NCBI GenBank assembly: GCA_040954595.2
Contig: CM082591.2
Span: forward strand, 4,015,957-4,079,956
Source of the DNA: Balanoglossus misakiensis
Taxonomy: Eukaryota > Animalia > Hemichordata
Length of the DNA: 64,000 nt
Direction: 5' to 3'
How positions within the stretch are numbered: position 1 is the stretch's first letter; every line of letters begins with the position of its first letter. Shown here piece by piece: positions 25,801 through 37,949 of this stretch. The notes below the pieces were generated by a model. That model saw only the letters and a list, made by a program, of their open reading frames with translations. It was not told the DNA's origin and made no database searches. The translations under genes and the position numbers were made by a program.

Positions 25801-28800
25801 ATATTTCGCAAAGTCGAAAAATTGTCATTTTTGGATGATTTTCATGAGCTATAACCCATGGTTTTTTCAAAAAAATGAAGAAATTTTGATATTTCGCAAA
25901 GTCGAAAAATTGTCATTTTTGGATGATTTTCATGAGCTATAACCCATGGTTTTTTCAAAAAAATGAAGAAATTTTGATATTTCGCAAAGTCGAAAAATTG
26001 TCATTTTTGGATGATTTTCATGAGCTATAACCCATGGTTTTTTCAAAAAAATGAAGAAATTTTGATATTTCGCAAAGTCGAAAAATTGTCATTTTTGGAT
26101 GATTTTCATGAGCTATAACCCATGGTTTTTTCAAAAAAAATGAACAAATTTTGATATTTCGCAAAGTCGAAAAATTGTCATTTTTGGATGATTTTCATGA
26201 GCTATAACCCATGGTTTTTTCAAAAAAATGAAGAAATTTTGATATTTCGCAAAGTCGAAAAATTGTCATTTTTGGATGATTTTCATGAGCTATAACCCAT
26301 GTTTTTTTCAAAAAAATGAAGAAATTTTGATATTTCGCAAAGTCGAAAAATTGTCATTTATGGTTGATTTTCATTAGCTATAACCCATGGTTTTTTCAAA
26401 AAAATGAAGAAATTTTGATATTTCGCAAAGTCGAAAAATTGTCATTTTTGGATGATTTTCATGAGCTATAACCCATGGTTTTTTCAAAAAAATGAAGAAA
26501 TTTTGATATTTCGCAAAGTCGAAAAATTGTCATTTTTGGATGATTTTCATGAGCTATAACCCATGGTTTTTTCATAAAAATGAAGAAATTTTGATATTTC
26601 GCAAAGTCGAAAAATTGTCATTTTTGGATGATTTTCATGAGCTATAACCCATGGTTTTTTCAAAAAAATGAAGAAATTTTGATATTTCGCAAAGTCGAAA
26701 AATTGTCATTTTTGGATGATTTTCATGAGCTATAACCCATGGTTTTTTCAAAAAAATGAAGAAATTTTGATATTTCGCAAAGTCGAAAAATTGTCATTTT
26801 TGGATGATTTTCATGAGCTATAACCCATGGTTTTTTCAAAAAAATGAAGAAATTTTGATATTTCGCAAAGTCGAAAAATTGTCATTTTTGGATGATTTTC
26901 ATGAGCTATAACCCATGGTTTTTTCAAAAAAATGAAGAAATTTTGATATTTCGCAAAGTCGAAAAATTGTCATTTTTGGATGATTTTCATGAGCTATAAC
27001 CCATGGTTTTTTAAAAAAAATGAACAAATTTTGATATTTCGCAAAGTCGAAAAATTGTCATTTTTGGTTGATTTTCATGAGCTATAACCCATGGTTTTTT
27101 CAAAAAAATGAACAAATTTTGATATTTCGCAAAGTCGAAAAATTGTCATTTTTGGATGATTTTCATGAGCTATAACCCATGGTTTTTTCAAAAAAATGAA
27201 GAAATTTTGATATTTCGCAAAATCGAAAAATTGTCATTTTTGGTTGATTTTCATGAGCTATAACCCATGGTTTTTTCAAAAAAATGAACAAATTTTGATA
27301 TTTCGCAAAGTCGAAAAATTGTCATTTTTGGTTGATTTTCATGAGCTATAACCCATGGTTTTTTAAAAAAAATGAAGAAATTTTGATATTTCGCAAAGTC
27401 GAAAAATTGTCATTTTTGGATGATTTTCATGAGCTATAACCCATGGTTTTTTCAAAAAAATGAACAAATTTTGATATTTCGCAAAGTCGAAAAATTGTCA
27501 TTTTTGGTTGATTTTCATGAGCTATAACCCATGGTTTTTAAAAAAAATGAAGAAATTTTGATATTTCGCAAAGTCGAAAAATTGTCATTTTTGGATGATT
27601 TTCATGAGCTATAACCCATGGTTTTTTCAAAAAAATGAAGAAATTTTGATATTTCGCAAAATCGAAAAATTGTCAATTTTGGTTGATTTTCATGAGCTAT
27701 AACCCATGGTTTTTTCAAAAAAATGAAGAAATTTTGATATTTCGGAAAGTCGAAAAATTGTCATTTTTGGATGATTTTCATGAGCTATAACCCATGGTTT
27801 TTTCAAAAAAATGAAGAAATTTTGATATTTCGCAAAGTCGAAAAATTGTCATTTTTGGATGATTTTCATGAGCTATAACCCATGGTTTTTTCAAAAAAAT
27901 GAAGAAATTTTGATATTTCGCAAAGTCGAAAAATTGTCATTTTTGGATGATTTTCATGAGCTATAACCCATGGTTTTTTCAAAAAAATGAAGAAATTTTG
28001 ATATTTCGCAAAGTCGAAAAATTGTCATTTTTGGATGATTTTCATGAGCTATAACCCATGGTTTTTTCAAAAAAATGAAGAAATTTTGATATTTCGCAAA
28101 GTCGAAAAATTGTCATTTTTGGATGATTTTCATGAGCTATAACCCATGGTTTTTTCAAAAAAATGAAGAAATTTTGATATTTCGCAAAGTCGAAAAATTG
28201 TCATTTTTGGATGATTTTCATGAGCTATAACCCATGGTTTTTTCAAAAAAAATGAAGAAATTTTGATATTTCGCAAAGTCGAAAAATTGTCATTTTTGGA
28301 TGATTTTCATGAGCTATAACCCATGGTTTTTTCAAAAAAATGAAGAAATTTTGATATTTCGCAAAGTCGAAAAATTGTCATTTTCGGATGATTTTCATGA
28401 GCTATAACCCATGGTTTTTTCAAAAAAATGAAGAAATTTTGATATTTCGAAAAGTCGAAAAATTGTCATTTTCGGATGATTTTCATGAGCTATAACCCAT
28501 GGTTTTTTCAAAACAATGAAGAAATTTTGATATTTCGCAAAGTCGAAAAATTGTCAATTTTGGATGATTTTCATGAGCTATAACCCATGGTTTTATAAAA
28601 AAAATGAACAAATTTTGATATTTCGCAAAGTCGAAAAAGTGTCATTTTTGGTTGATTTTCATGAGCTATAACCCATGGTTTTTTCAAAAAAAGTGAAGAA
28701 ATTTTGATATTTCGCAAAGTCGAAAAAGTGTCATTTTTGGATGATTTTCATGAGCTATAACCCATGGTTTTTTCAAAAAAATGAAGAAATTTTGATATTT

Positions 28801-31800
28801 CGCAAAGTCGAAAAATTGTCATTTTTGGATGATTTTCATGAGCTATAACCCATGGTTTTTTCAAAAAAATGAAGAAATTTTGATATTTCGCAAAGTCGAA
28901 AAATTGTCATTTTTGGATGATTTTCATGAGCTATAACCCATGGTTTTTTCAAAAAAATGAAGAAATTTTGATATTTCGCAAAGTCGAAAAATTGTCATTT
29001 TTGGATGATTTTCATGAGCTATAACCCATGGTTTTTTCAAAAAAAATGAAGAAATTTTGATATTTCGCAAAGTCGAAAAATTGTCATTTTTGGATGATTT
29101 TCATGAGCTATAACCCATGGTTTTTTCAAAAAAATGAAGAAATTTTGATATTTCGCAAAGTCGAAAAATTGTCATTTTTGGATGATTTTCATGAGCTATA
29201 ACCCATGGTTTTTTCAAAAAAATGAAGAAATTTTGATATTTCGCAAAGTCGAAAAATTGTCATTTTTGGATGATTTTCATGAGCTATAACCCATGGTTTT
29301 TTCAAAAAAATGAAGAAATTTTGATATTTCGCAAAGTCGAAAAATTGTCATTTTTGGATGATTTTCATGAGCTATAACCCATGGTTTTTTCAAAAAAATG
29401 AAGAAATTTTGATATTTCGCAAAGTCGAAAAATTGTCATTTTTGGATGATTTTCATGAGCTATAACCCATGGTTTTTTCAAAAAAATGAAGAAATTTTGA
29501 TATTTCGCAAAGTCGAAAAATTGTCATTTTCGGATGATTTTCATGAGCTATAACCCATGGTTTTTTCAAAAAAATGAAGAAATTTTGATATTTCGAAAAG
29601 TCGAAAAATTGTCATTTTCGGATGATTTTCATGAGCTATAACCCATGGTTTTTTCAAAAAAATGAAGAAATTTTGATATTTCGCAAAGTCGAAAAATTGT
29701 CAATTTTGGATGATTTTCATGAGCTATAACCCATGGTTTTATCAAAAAAATGAAGTAATTTTGATATTTCGCAAAGTCGAAAAATTGTCATTTTTGGATG
29801 ATTTTCATGAGCTATAACCCATGGTTTTTTCAAAAAAATGAAGAAATTTTGATATTTCGCAAAGTCGAAAAATTGTCATTTTTGGATGATTTTCATGAGC
29901 TATAACCCATGGTTTTTTCAAAAAAATGAAGAAATTTTGATATTTCGCAAAGTCGAAAAATTGTCATTTTTGGATGATTTTCATGAGCTATAACCCATGG
30001 TTTTTTCAAAAAAATGAAGAAATTTTGATATTTCGCAAAGTCGAAAAATAGTCATTTTCGTATGATTTTCATGAGCTATAACCCATGGTTTTTTCAAAAA
30101 AATGAAGAAATTTTGATATTTCGCAAAGTCGAAAAATTGTCATTTTCGGATGATTTTCATGAGCTATAACCCATGGTTTTTTCAAAAAAATGAAGAAATT
30201 TTGATATTTCGCAAAGTCGAAAAATTGTCATTTTCGGATGATTTTCATGAGCTATAACCCATGGTTTTTTCAAAAAAGTGAAGAAATTTTGATATTTCGC
30301 AAAGTCGAAAAATTGTCATTTTCGGATGATTTTCATGAGCTATAACCCATGGTTTTTTCGAAAAAGTGAAGAAATTTTGATATTTCGCAAAGTCGAAAAA
30401 TTGTCATTTTCGGATGATTTTCATGAGCTATAACCCATGGTTTTTTCAAAAAAGTGAAGAAATTTTGATATTTCGCAAAGTCGAAAAATTGTCATTTTCG
30501 GATGATTTTCATGAGCTATAACCCATGGTTTTTTCAAAAAAATGAAGAAATTTTGATATTTCGCAAAGTCGAAAAATTGTCATTTTTGGATGATTTTCAT
30601 GAGCTATAACCCATGGTTTTTTCAAAAAAATGAAGAAATTTTGATATTTCGCAAAGTCGAAAAATTGTCATTTTTGGTTGATTTTCATGAGCTATAACCC
30701 ATGGTTTTTTCAAAAAAATGAAGAAATTTTGATATTTCGCAAAGTCGAAAAATTGTCATTTTTGGTTGATTTTCATGAGCTATAACCCATGGTTTTTTCA
30801 AAAAAAATGAAGAAATTTTGATATTTCGCAAAGTCGAAAAATTGTCATTTTTGGATGATTTTCATGAGCTATAACCCATGGTTTTTTCAAAAAAATGAAG
30901 AAATTTTGATATTTCGCAAAGTCGAAAAATTGTCATTTTTGGATGATTTTCATGAGCTATAACCCATGGTTTTATCAAAAAAATGAAGAAATTTTGATAT
31001 TTCGCAAAGTCGAAAAATTGTCATTTTTGGATGATTTTCATGAGCTATAACCCATGGTTTTTTCAAAAAAATGAACAAATTTTGATATTTCGCAAAGTCG
31101 AAAAATTGTCATTTTTGGATGATTTTCATGAGCTATAACCCATGGTTTTTTCAAAAAAATGAACAAATTTTGATATTTCGCAAAGTCGAAAAATTGTCAT
31201 TTTTGGATGATTTTCATGAGCTATAACCCATGGTTTTTTCAAAAAAATGAAGAAATTTTGATATTTCGCAAAGTCGAAAAATTGTCATTTTTGGATGATT
31301 TTCATGAGCTATAACCCATGGTTTTTTCAAAAAAATGAAGAAATTTTGATATTTCGCAAAGTCGAAAAATTGTCATTTTTGGATGATTTTCATGAGCTAT
31401 AACCCATGGTTTTTTCAAAAAAATGAAGAAATTTTGATATTTCGCAAAGTCGAAAAATTGTCATTTTTGGATGATTTTCATGAGCTATAACCCATGGTTT
31501 TTTCAAAAAAATGAAGAAATTTTGATATTTCGCAAAGTCGAAAAATTGTCATTTTCGGATGATTTTCATGAGCTATAACCCATGGTTTTTTCAAAAAAAT
31601 GAAGAAATTTTGATATTTCGCAAAGTCGAAAAATTGTCATTTTCGGATGATTTTCATGAGCTATAACCCATGGTTTTTTCAAAAAAATGAAGAAATTTTG
31701 ATATTTCGCAAAGTCGAAAAATTGTCATTTTCGGATGATTTTCATGAGCTATAACCCATGGTTTTTTCAAAAAAATGAAGAAATTTTGATATTTCGCAAA

Positions 31801-32238
31801 GTCGAAAAATTGTCATTTTTGGATGATTTTCATGAGCTATAACCCATGGTTTTTTCAAAAAAATGAAGAAATTTTGATATTTCGCAAAGTCGAAAAATTG
31901 TCATTTTTGGATGATTTTCATGAGCTATAACCCATGGTTTTTTCAAAAAATGAAGAAATTTTGATATTTCGCAAAGTCGAAAAATTGTCATTTTTGGATG
32001 ATTTTCATGAGCTATAACCCATGGTTTTTTCAAAAAAATGAAGAAATTTTGATATTTCGCAAAGTCGAAAAATTGTCATTTTTGGATGATTTTCATGAGC
32101 TATAACCCATGGTTTTTTTAAAAAAATGAAGAAATTTTGATATTTCGCAAAGTCGAAAAATTGTCATTTTTGGATGATTTTCAGGAGCTATAACCCATGG
32201 TTTTTTCAAAAAATGACGAAATTTTGATATTTCGCAAA
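13822..32238. repeat. 88-bp AT-rich satellite, block 2 (~209 copies) with local higher-order duplications
   Basis: Same 88-bp unit and orientation as block 1; variant sets recur at 9-, 13-, 17- and 23-unit spacings. Confidence 0.98.
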
Positions 32239-32328
32239 CATCCTCTGCCCAAATCCCTCACAATCGAAATTACTGAAAATTTCTCTTGATCGACATAAAA
32301 CACGCACACAACATCATTTTTTAAAGAT

Positions 32329-32334
32329 TTTATT
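32329..32334 (-). terminator. Probable polyadenylation signal of the 497-aa UST-like gene
   Basis: TTTATT on the + strand (AATAAA on -), part of the palindrome TTTATTAATAAA, ~1 kb past the stop codon and ~90 bp from the satellite edge. Confidence 0.5.
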
Positions 32335-32626
32335 AATAAAATTGAACAAACCAGATTTGATCAAATGTGGTCAAGAAAATCAAAATAACATATACTTTGT
32401 GACAGCTCAGTAAAGGGGTACAGCGCCCACTCGAATTTTCAAGAACTGTTGTGCTAGTGCATAGTTTAAAGTTAGGTCATGTCATGGTATAGATAACAAA
32501 GCAGTCGATTAATTTACAACATGAATATTTACAGCAAAAAGTTGACAGAGACGTGATTTAACTGTATGGCAACCACGACATACAGGAGCGACTTTCAATT
32601 CGAGGAAAATGACATAGGAGCAGAAG

Positions 32627-32627
<1 letters not shown>

Positions 32628-32671
<44 letters not shown>
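32628..32671. repeat. (AGAC)n microsatellite, ~11 copies
   Basis: Seen directly. Confidence 0.95.
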
Positions 32672-33372
32672 TACTTTGGAGTACAGGTCAGTTAATTCAA
32701 AAATCCTCTTGAATTGTGACTTTTAGTAGTTAACAAGTGACCGACAAATTAATCCATTATTGGGTCACATTAAAAGATTCAAATACGAGCACATAAATCA
32801 TCATGCATGAATAAATCAACGAAAGTTAGACGCGATTATCGATCGTGATATTTATACATACTATTTACAATATTCAAATCAAGCATCGCTAAAATAAACA
32901 TAATAGATGGAATGCAACAGCTGGGCCACGCGTAGTATTTGCGCAAAGCGACAAGTAAACTGACAAACGACATTGCACTGTGAGTGTTAACTACCAAATA
33001 GGGCACACTTTGCATTGATTTCTGTTCACGATTCATGTGCATGATTCGCTTGTGTGATAGTTTTCATCGCCAGGCTGTTTCATCTTGGGGGCGGAGGTTA
33101 CATAGCGTGTATATTAGCAAACACATGTATTTAGGGGCTGTGACCTACAGCATTTACCATTTGTGAAAATTTCTGAATTCCCAGCTGCACTTGACAATCA
33201 GTGGGCACATTGCGACATTCGTCACGTGGATGAAATGGCGCTATTGTTATCGCGCAGATTAGTGACAAAAAGCAGTGGGTAATACAAGACTATAAATGAA
33301 AACTGTTAAAGAAATGTTCGCAAAAATGTTTAGAAAGCTCGTCACATTCGGCCAAGTATTTCCGAAAGTGTC

Positions 33373-34866
33373 TCAATTTTCTTCATCATCTTGATCAAGA
33401 TTGTCAACAACGTTATTAGTTATCTCCTTTGTCTCGTCGGTATTTCCGTTTGCAGTATTCGTCCCCTCATCCACCCTGTTGTCGCCAACTTCACTTACTT
33501 CCTGTTCAGGTCCGTTTATTTCCGGTTCACCGTCAACTGTTTCTTGCCCAGCTTCCGTTATCTGTGGTCTAGCTTCACTTGTTTCGGGGCCAACATCGGT
33601 TATTTCATCTTCATCTTCGGTTGTCTCGGCTCCAGGTACATCGTTTGCTTCGGGGACAGCGTCGGGTGTTTCCGGTCTTGCTTCGGCTGTGTCCTCTTGG
33701 TGATCCCCATCGCCAATTGTTTGCTGATCTTCGTTTTGTTCTTCAACATCTTGCGTCTGCAGTTTAATCAGGTCATCGTCATCAAAAGAGTCACCGCCGA
33801 ATTGGCGTTTCATAAGCATCAGTCGGTCCCTGATGAAGTTATAAAACTCATATTCTAGGGCAAGCCTCTTCTTCATTTCGGTCCGCGCCTCTAACGATGG
33901 TATGTCTCCAGCAAACGAAGAATAATGTTGGATTTCACCAGAGAACAGCAGCGAAACGTACGCATCTCTTGCCCCCTTGAAAAACTGGGGCAAAACGTTT
34001 TCCATAACAAAAAGCGTCGTGTTCAGTTCTTCTAAGAGGCCCACCACAGCAAAATTGTCGACAGCGTTTCTCTTTGCAGTCTCTAAGGCCCATCGATTTG
34101 GAATTCGGCAACCTATCCCCTGTCCACAGAAATATGGGATAATTTGCATAATGTTTTTATTGCTGCATTCGCGGTAGCTATTCAAGACACAGTCGTCGAA
34201 AGTTTGCTTGGCAATCGAATGACTAGCGTTTGTGAATGTAGCTGGCCTCGTTCGCATGTCGCCGTAGCGTTTGTAGTAAAACTGTGCGATGAAACGTTCA
34301 AGAGGGTCGCGAATGAGGCTGATCCAAGATGGCTGCCTGGCGCCATATCGTGGAAAGTGTACATAATGAACCGGCCTATCAAACAGTAAGGGAGGGTCCA
34401 ACATGTTCACTTCGCTTATCATTGCCTTCTGCTGATCAACTCCGGCATACTTCAGTGCCCATATTTCACTGGAGAAATGGTTAAAATTGTTTCGCAAGGC
34501 TAACTTGCTTGAGATGTACAAAAATGTGCGCGTGCCGCACTTGTCAATTCTGTTATAAACTACTTTATTTTCTGACGAGGTTTTCTGCACTTCGATTGGT
34601 AGACCGGTGTTTGGCAATGCAGGGGGCAGTTCAACTTTCTGCAACGACAGCGAAAAGTTTTGGGTGAGGGCATTTATAGTTTCTTGAGGTAAGGCTTCGC
34701 CGTTTTGTGTGCTTCTGAGCAAGTTGAGCACGCTCATGAAGAGGAGAAGGAAAATGATCAATATCGTCCCTCTCTGATAGTACTTCCTGAGAATTGCTAC
34801 TGACACGGTCCCCTTAAGTGTCGCTAATTTCTTCAGTGCGAGTTTTCGCGTGGTTTCAAATTTCAT
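33373..34866 (-). CDS. UST: UST/HS2ST-like type II membrane sulfotransferase, 497 aa, single coding exon, acidic C-terminal extension
   Basis: TM anchor (TILIIFLLLFMSVLNLL), YNRIDKCGTRT, IRDPLERFIAQFYYKRYGD, PYFCGQGIGC, LEYEFY. 5'-UTR splice acceptor (TTCTCTTCTCGCTTGTCTTCACAG) 24 nt before the ATG; candidate upstream donors near 35628 and 35957. Confidence 0.9.
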   Translation of the reverse strand: MKFETTRKLALKKLATLKGTVSVAILRKYYQRGTILIIFLLLFMSVLNLLRSTQNGEALPQETINALTQNFSLSLQKVELPPALPNTGLPIEVQKTSSENKVVYNRIDKCGTRTFLYISSKLALRNNFNHFSSEIWALKYAGVDQQKAMISEVNMLDPPLLFDRPVHYVHFPRYGARQPSWISLIRDPLERFIAQFYYKRYGDMRTRPATFTNASHSIAKQTFDDCVLNSYRECSNKNIMQIIPYFCGQGIGCRIPNRWALETAKRNAVDNFAVVGLLEELNTTLFVMENVLPQFFKGARDAYVSLLFSGEIQHYSSFAGDIPSLEARTEMKKRLALEYEFYNFIRDRLMLMKRQFGGDSFDDDDLIKLQTQDVEEQNEDQQTIGDGDHQEDTAEARPETPDAVPEANDVPGAETTEDEDEITDVGPETSEARPQITEAGQETVDGEPEINGPEQEVSEVGDNRVDEGTNTANGNTDETKEITNNVVDNLDQDDEEN

Positions 34867-34956
34867 GACGTATTCCTACATCAACGATAGCTGTGAAGAC
34901 AAGCGAGAAGAGAATATAGCCAACAAACGAATACTGGGGAATAAGTATTTCATCCG

Positions 34957-35180
34957 GGGCTGTGGGTATGGGTCCCATACTGTACACAATTGCCAGTAGG
35001 CGCCAAGTGTAATTGCTACAATCTACATCATGGCGAACAATGTGGTTGTTACTTTGTATTAAACTATAGTGTATTGGCTATACAATGTACATATTTGAAA
35101 ACAAGATGGTTGTTACTTTGTATTACACTGTACGTCACGGCAAACAATGCGTCGTTACTATTTATCACATTTCAAATTTA
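34957..35180. repeat. Dispersed repeat, copy 1 (second copy at 57972-58190)
   Basis: Both copies carry TATGGGTCCCATA, two (T)GGTTGTTACTTTGTAT subrepeats and GCAAACAATGCGTCGTTACT(A/T)TTTATCA in the same order. Confidence 0.75.
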
Positions 35181-36437
35181 CTTTGATATAACATGTATTG
35201 GTTGACCGGGACTCCCAGAGGAAATGGTGAATGGTGTGCTTATAAACAGAAAATTCGCACGCTACCTTTAATATTGATTGAATCCTTTCCTTCAAAACAA
35301 CAAATACAATTAAGACACAATTGTAATACCTCGCCTAATTTAATATACCGGTATTTAAAATTCCCCTCTCCCTCCTTCAGTGGCATCAATGACAACAAAA
35401 GACCACACCAGTTAACATCTGGCGTTTAAATAATACCAGTTGACAGTATCCCTCATCTCATTAATATTCGGATTGCTGAGATTGCTGTCAGTTTGTTTAA
35501 ATAGCGCATTTACGTACAAGAGTTTTATAGCCGTATTTTTCAATAATCTCATCTTAACTGAATAAAAGACATCCATTTCATATGAATATTCAACAATACA
35601 AATTACGTGACAGTAGGTAGTACCTCACCTTTTTGACGATTACGGGATTTGGGAACAATTCATCGAATAAAGAAAATCTCAAATCGCGATTGTCCAGACA
35701 GAAGATTTACACAGCTCGCCGTGCGGAAGTAAATTATATCGAACGCTGAAGTGTTCGCTTAGGATTAAAATCAATTTAATTCTTACAATGGGGTAGGTGC
35801 AAAGTAACATTATCGTACAGGACCTATTAACCTTCTATCAAACAGACCCGACAAATGTAACCACTCTTGACGGAGCAAAAGAACACAAGAGCCAGATTGG
35901 CTGGCGGGAAATATCCCCCTGTCAGGCGACAAAAAGTGTCTAAATTGGATAACTCACCTCAGCAAATGTAATGACCCGCGCTACGTCTGGATCACCAAGC
36001 CACGCCGGTAGCTGTGTGTTGAAGGGCTGGAGCTCACCGCAGTTCGGCCGCAGAAACCCCTGTCTGAGAATGAGAATGGCCGGTATGACAACCAGAGGGG
36101 GCCGCCCGTGGTAACACGTGTAACAGCGTGAAAGGTCATTATGCAGATTAGTGTTCCAGGTGGCCAACCCCGACAAACGTCGCTGAATGATTGCGTCCAG
36201 CATATCTGATAGATAAAATCCCGCCATACAAAACCGTTGACAGATTGACGGCGATTTGTTGCACGCACGAGGATGCGGTACTTCTCTATGGTAATTAAAT
36301 TTGTCGTTTAAGCCAAGTCTTCCTGACTTATTCTGTCAAATCGTTGAAAAGTGCGGGTTGCCTATTAGCTTCGGTTGCTAACCATTAAAATAGAAAATCC
36401 CCGCATACAAATTATCCATATCCAAATATAAGGATTA

Positions 36438-36702
36438 ATACATACATACATACATACATACATACATACATACATACATACATACATACATACATACATA
36501 CATACATACATACATACACACATACATACATACATACATACATACATACATACATACATACATACATACATACATACATACATACATACATGCATACATA
36601 CATACATACATACATACATACATACATACATACATACATACATACATACATACATACATACATACATACATACATACATACATACATACATACATACATA
36701 CA
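36438..36702. repeat. (ATAC)n microsatellite, ~66 copies
   Basis: Seen directly; it explains the MYVC ORFs. Confidence 0.98.
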
Positions 36703-36905
36703 AAAATTTCTGAAGAGACTTAATTGAATTTGTATAAGTTGTTTTAATTATACTGTAGCTGTATTTTACATTTAAATATGATTGGCATGTAATATTCGAT
36801 ATATGGCGAACGCGCGAAGATCAATGCAACTGGCAGAATAGTAAAACTGTTGTGCGAAATTGTGGAATTGGAATTATGTGGTCTTTCGCCAAGACAGTCT
36901 CGCTA

Positions 36906-37949
36906 TTACTCGATGTTCAGTTCTTGTTTCATTGTTCCCAGTCTTTCTTTAACAAACTCGTAGAATTCATACTCCAGGGCTAGCCTTCCCTTCATCTTTG
37001 TCAGCGCTTGCTCGGAAGGGGGGTCCCCCGGGAACGATTTGAACTGGTCAACGACACCGGAGCTGACGATTGCCTTGTAAACCCTCGACGCGGCGTGGAA
37101 GTATTGCGGGATGAGCAGTTCGAGAACTTGGAAAGTTGTGTTCAGTTCTTCTAAAACGCCGACCAGTTTGTAGTTGTCGATCACATTTTTCTTGGCGGTT
37201 TCCAGCGCCCACTTGTTGGGTACCCGGCACCCCGCGCTCTGTCCGCAGAAAAATGGGATCACTTTGAACACATTCTTCAAGCTGCACTCCGGTTGATTCT
37301 TCAAGACGCAGTCGTCGAAGCTTGGCTTTGAACTGGTATCAGAGGCGTTCGGCCTCGTCCCTATATCACCGTATCGTTTGAAGTAATACAATGATATAAT
37401 TCGGCGCAAAGGGTCCCGGATGAGGCTGATCCAAGATGGCTGCTTGGAACCAAACCTCGGAAAGTGAACGTAGTGCACTGAACGCTCGTACACAAACGGA
37501 ATCTTCTGTTTATTGACATCATGAACGAAGGCCTTTTGATCCTCTATGCCCATATATTTGAGAGCCCAGTCGTCACTGTTAATTATGGAATAATTATATT
37601 TCTTTCCCAGCCTCTCCATGACCTGCATTAACGTTCGACTTCCGGTCCTCTCAATGCGGTTGAAAATCACACTGCTGTCCGTCCAGGAGAGATTAGTAAA
37701 GCTTAAAATTGGCTTCAGGTCGTCGTCTATCGACTCCCTCAAGTTCCTAGAGTCACCTGAGCCACCGGAACTGACTACAAGTCCATCGTACACACTGGCC
37801 AGATTAGCGAGTGAGAAATACAGAGAAATTAGAATGACAGCTGCCACAGCTAGAGTCACGCATTTCTTGTACAGGAAGTACAATATTATCCTCGATTTCA
37901 TGTTGGGTAAAATGGCACCGTTGCACCAACTCGGCATGCTAATTTTCAT
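36906..37949 (-). CDS. UST: UST/HS2ST-like type II membrane sulfotransferase, 347 aa, single coding exon
   Basis: TM anchor (VTLAVAAVILISLYFSLA), FNRIERTGSRT, IRDPLRRIISLYYFKRYGD, PFFCGQSAGC, LEYEFY. 5'-UTR acceptor TTTTTTCTTTCCAG at 37993 and candidate donor GTAAG at 38645. Confidence 0.9.
   Translation of the reverse strand: MKISMPSWCNGAILPNMKSRIILYFLYKKCVTLAVAAVILISLYFSLANLASVYDGLVVSSGGSGDSRNLRESIDDDLKPILSFTNLSWTDSSVIFNRIERTGSRTLMQVMERLGKKYNYSIINSDDWALKYMGIEDQKAFVHDVNKQKIPFVYERSVHYVHFPRFGSKQPSWISLIRDPLRRIISLYYFKRYGDIGTRPNASDTSSKPSFDDCVLKNQPECSLKNVFKVIPFFCGQSAGCRVPNKWALETAKKNVIDNYKLVGVLEELNTTFQVLELLIPQYFHAASRVYKAIVSSGVVDQFKSFPGDPPSEQALTKMKGRLALEYEFYEFVKERLGTMKQELNIE

Noticed and set aside
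2251-32238. CRISPR array interpretation of the 88-bp or 553-bp repeats
   Set aside because: Units are contiguous with no unique spacers, there are no cas genes, and the context is eukaryotic.
33391-34389. Plus-strand ORFs overlapping the 497-aa gene (likewise 133-456 and 37618-37959)
   Set aside because: Antisense shadows of real coding sequence with no independent features.
36365-36703. MYVC-repeat ORFs (also 54873-55100 and the HSFI ORF at 52527-52862)
   Set aside because: These are translations of tetranucleotide microsatellites.
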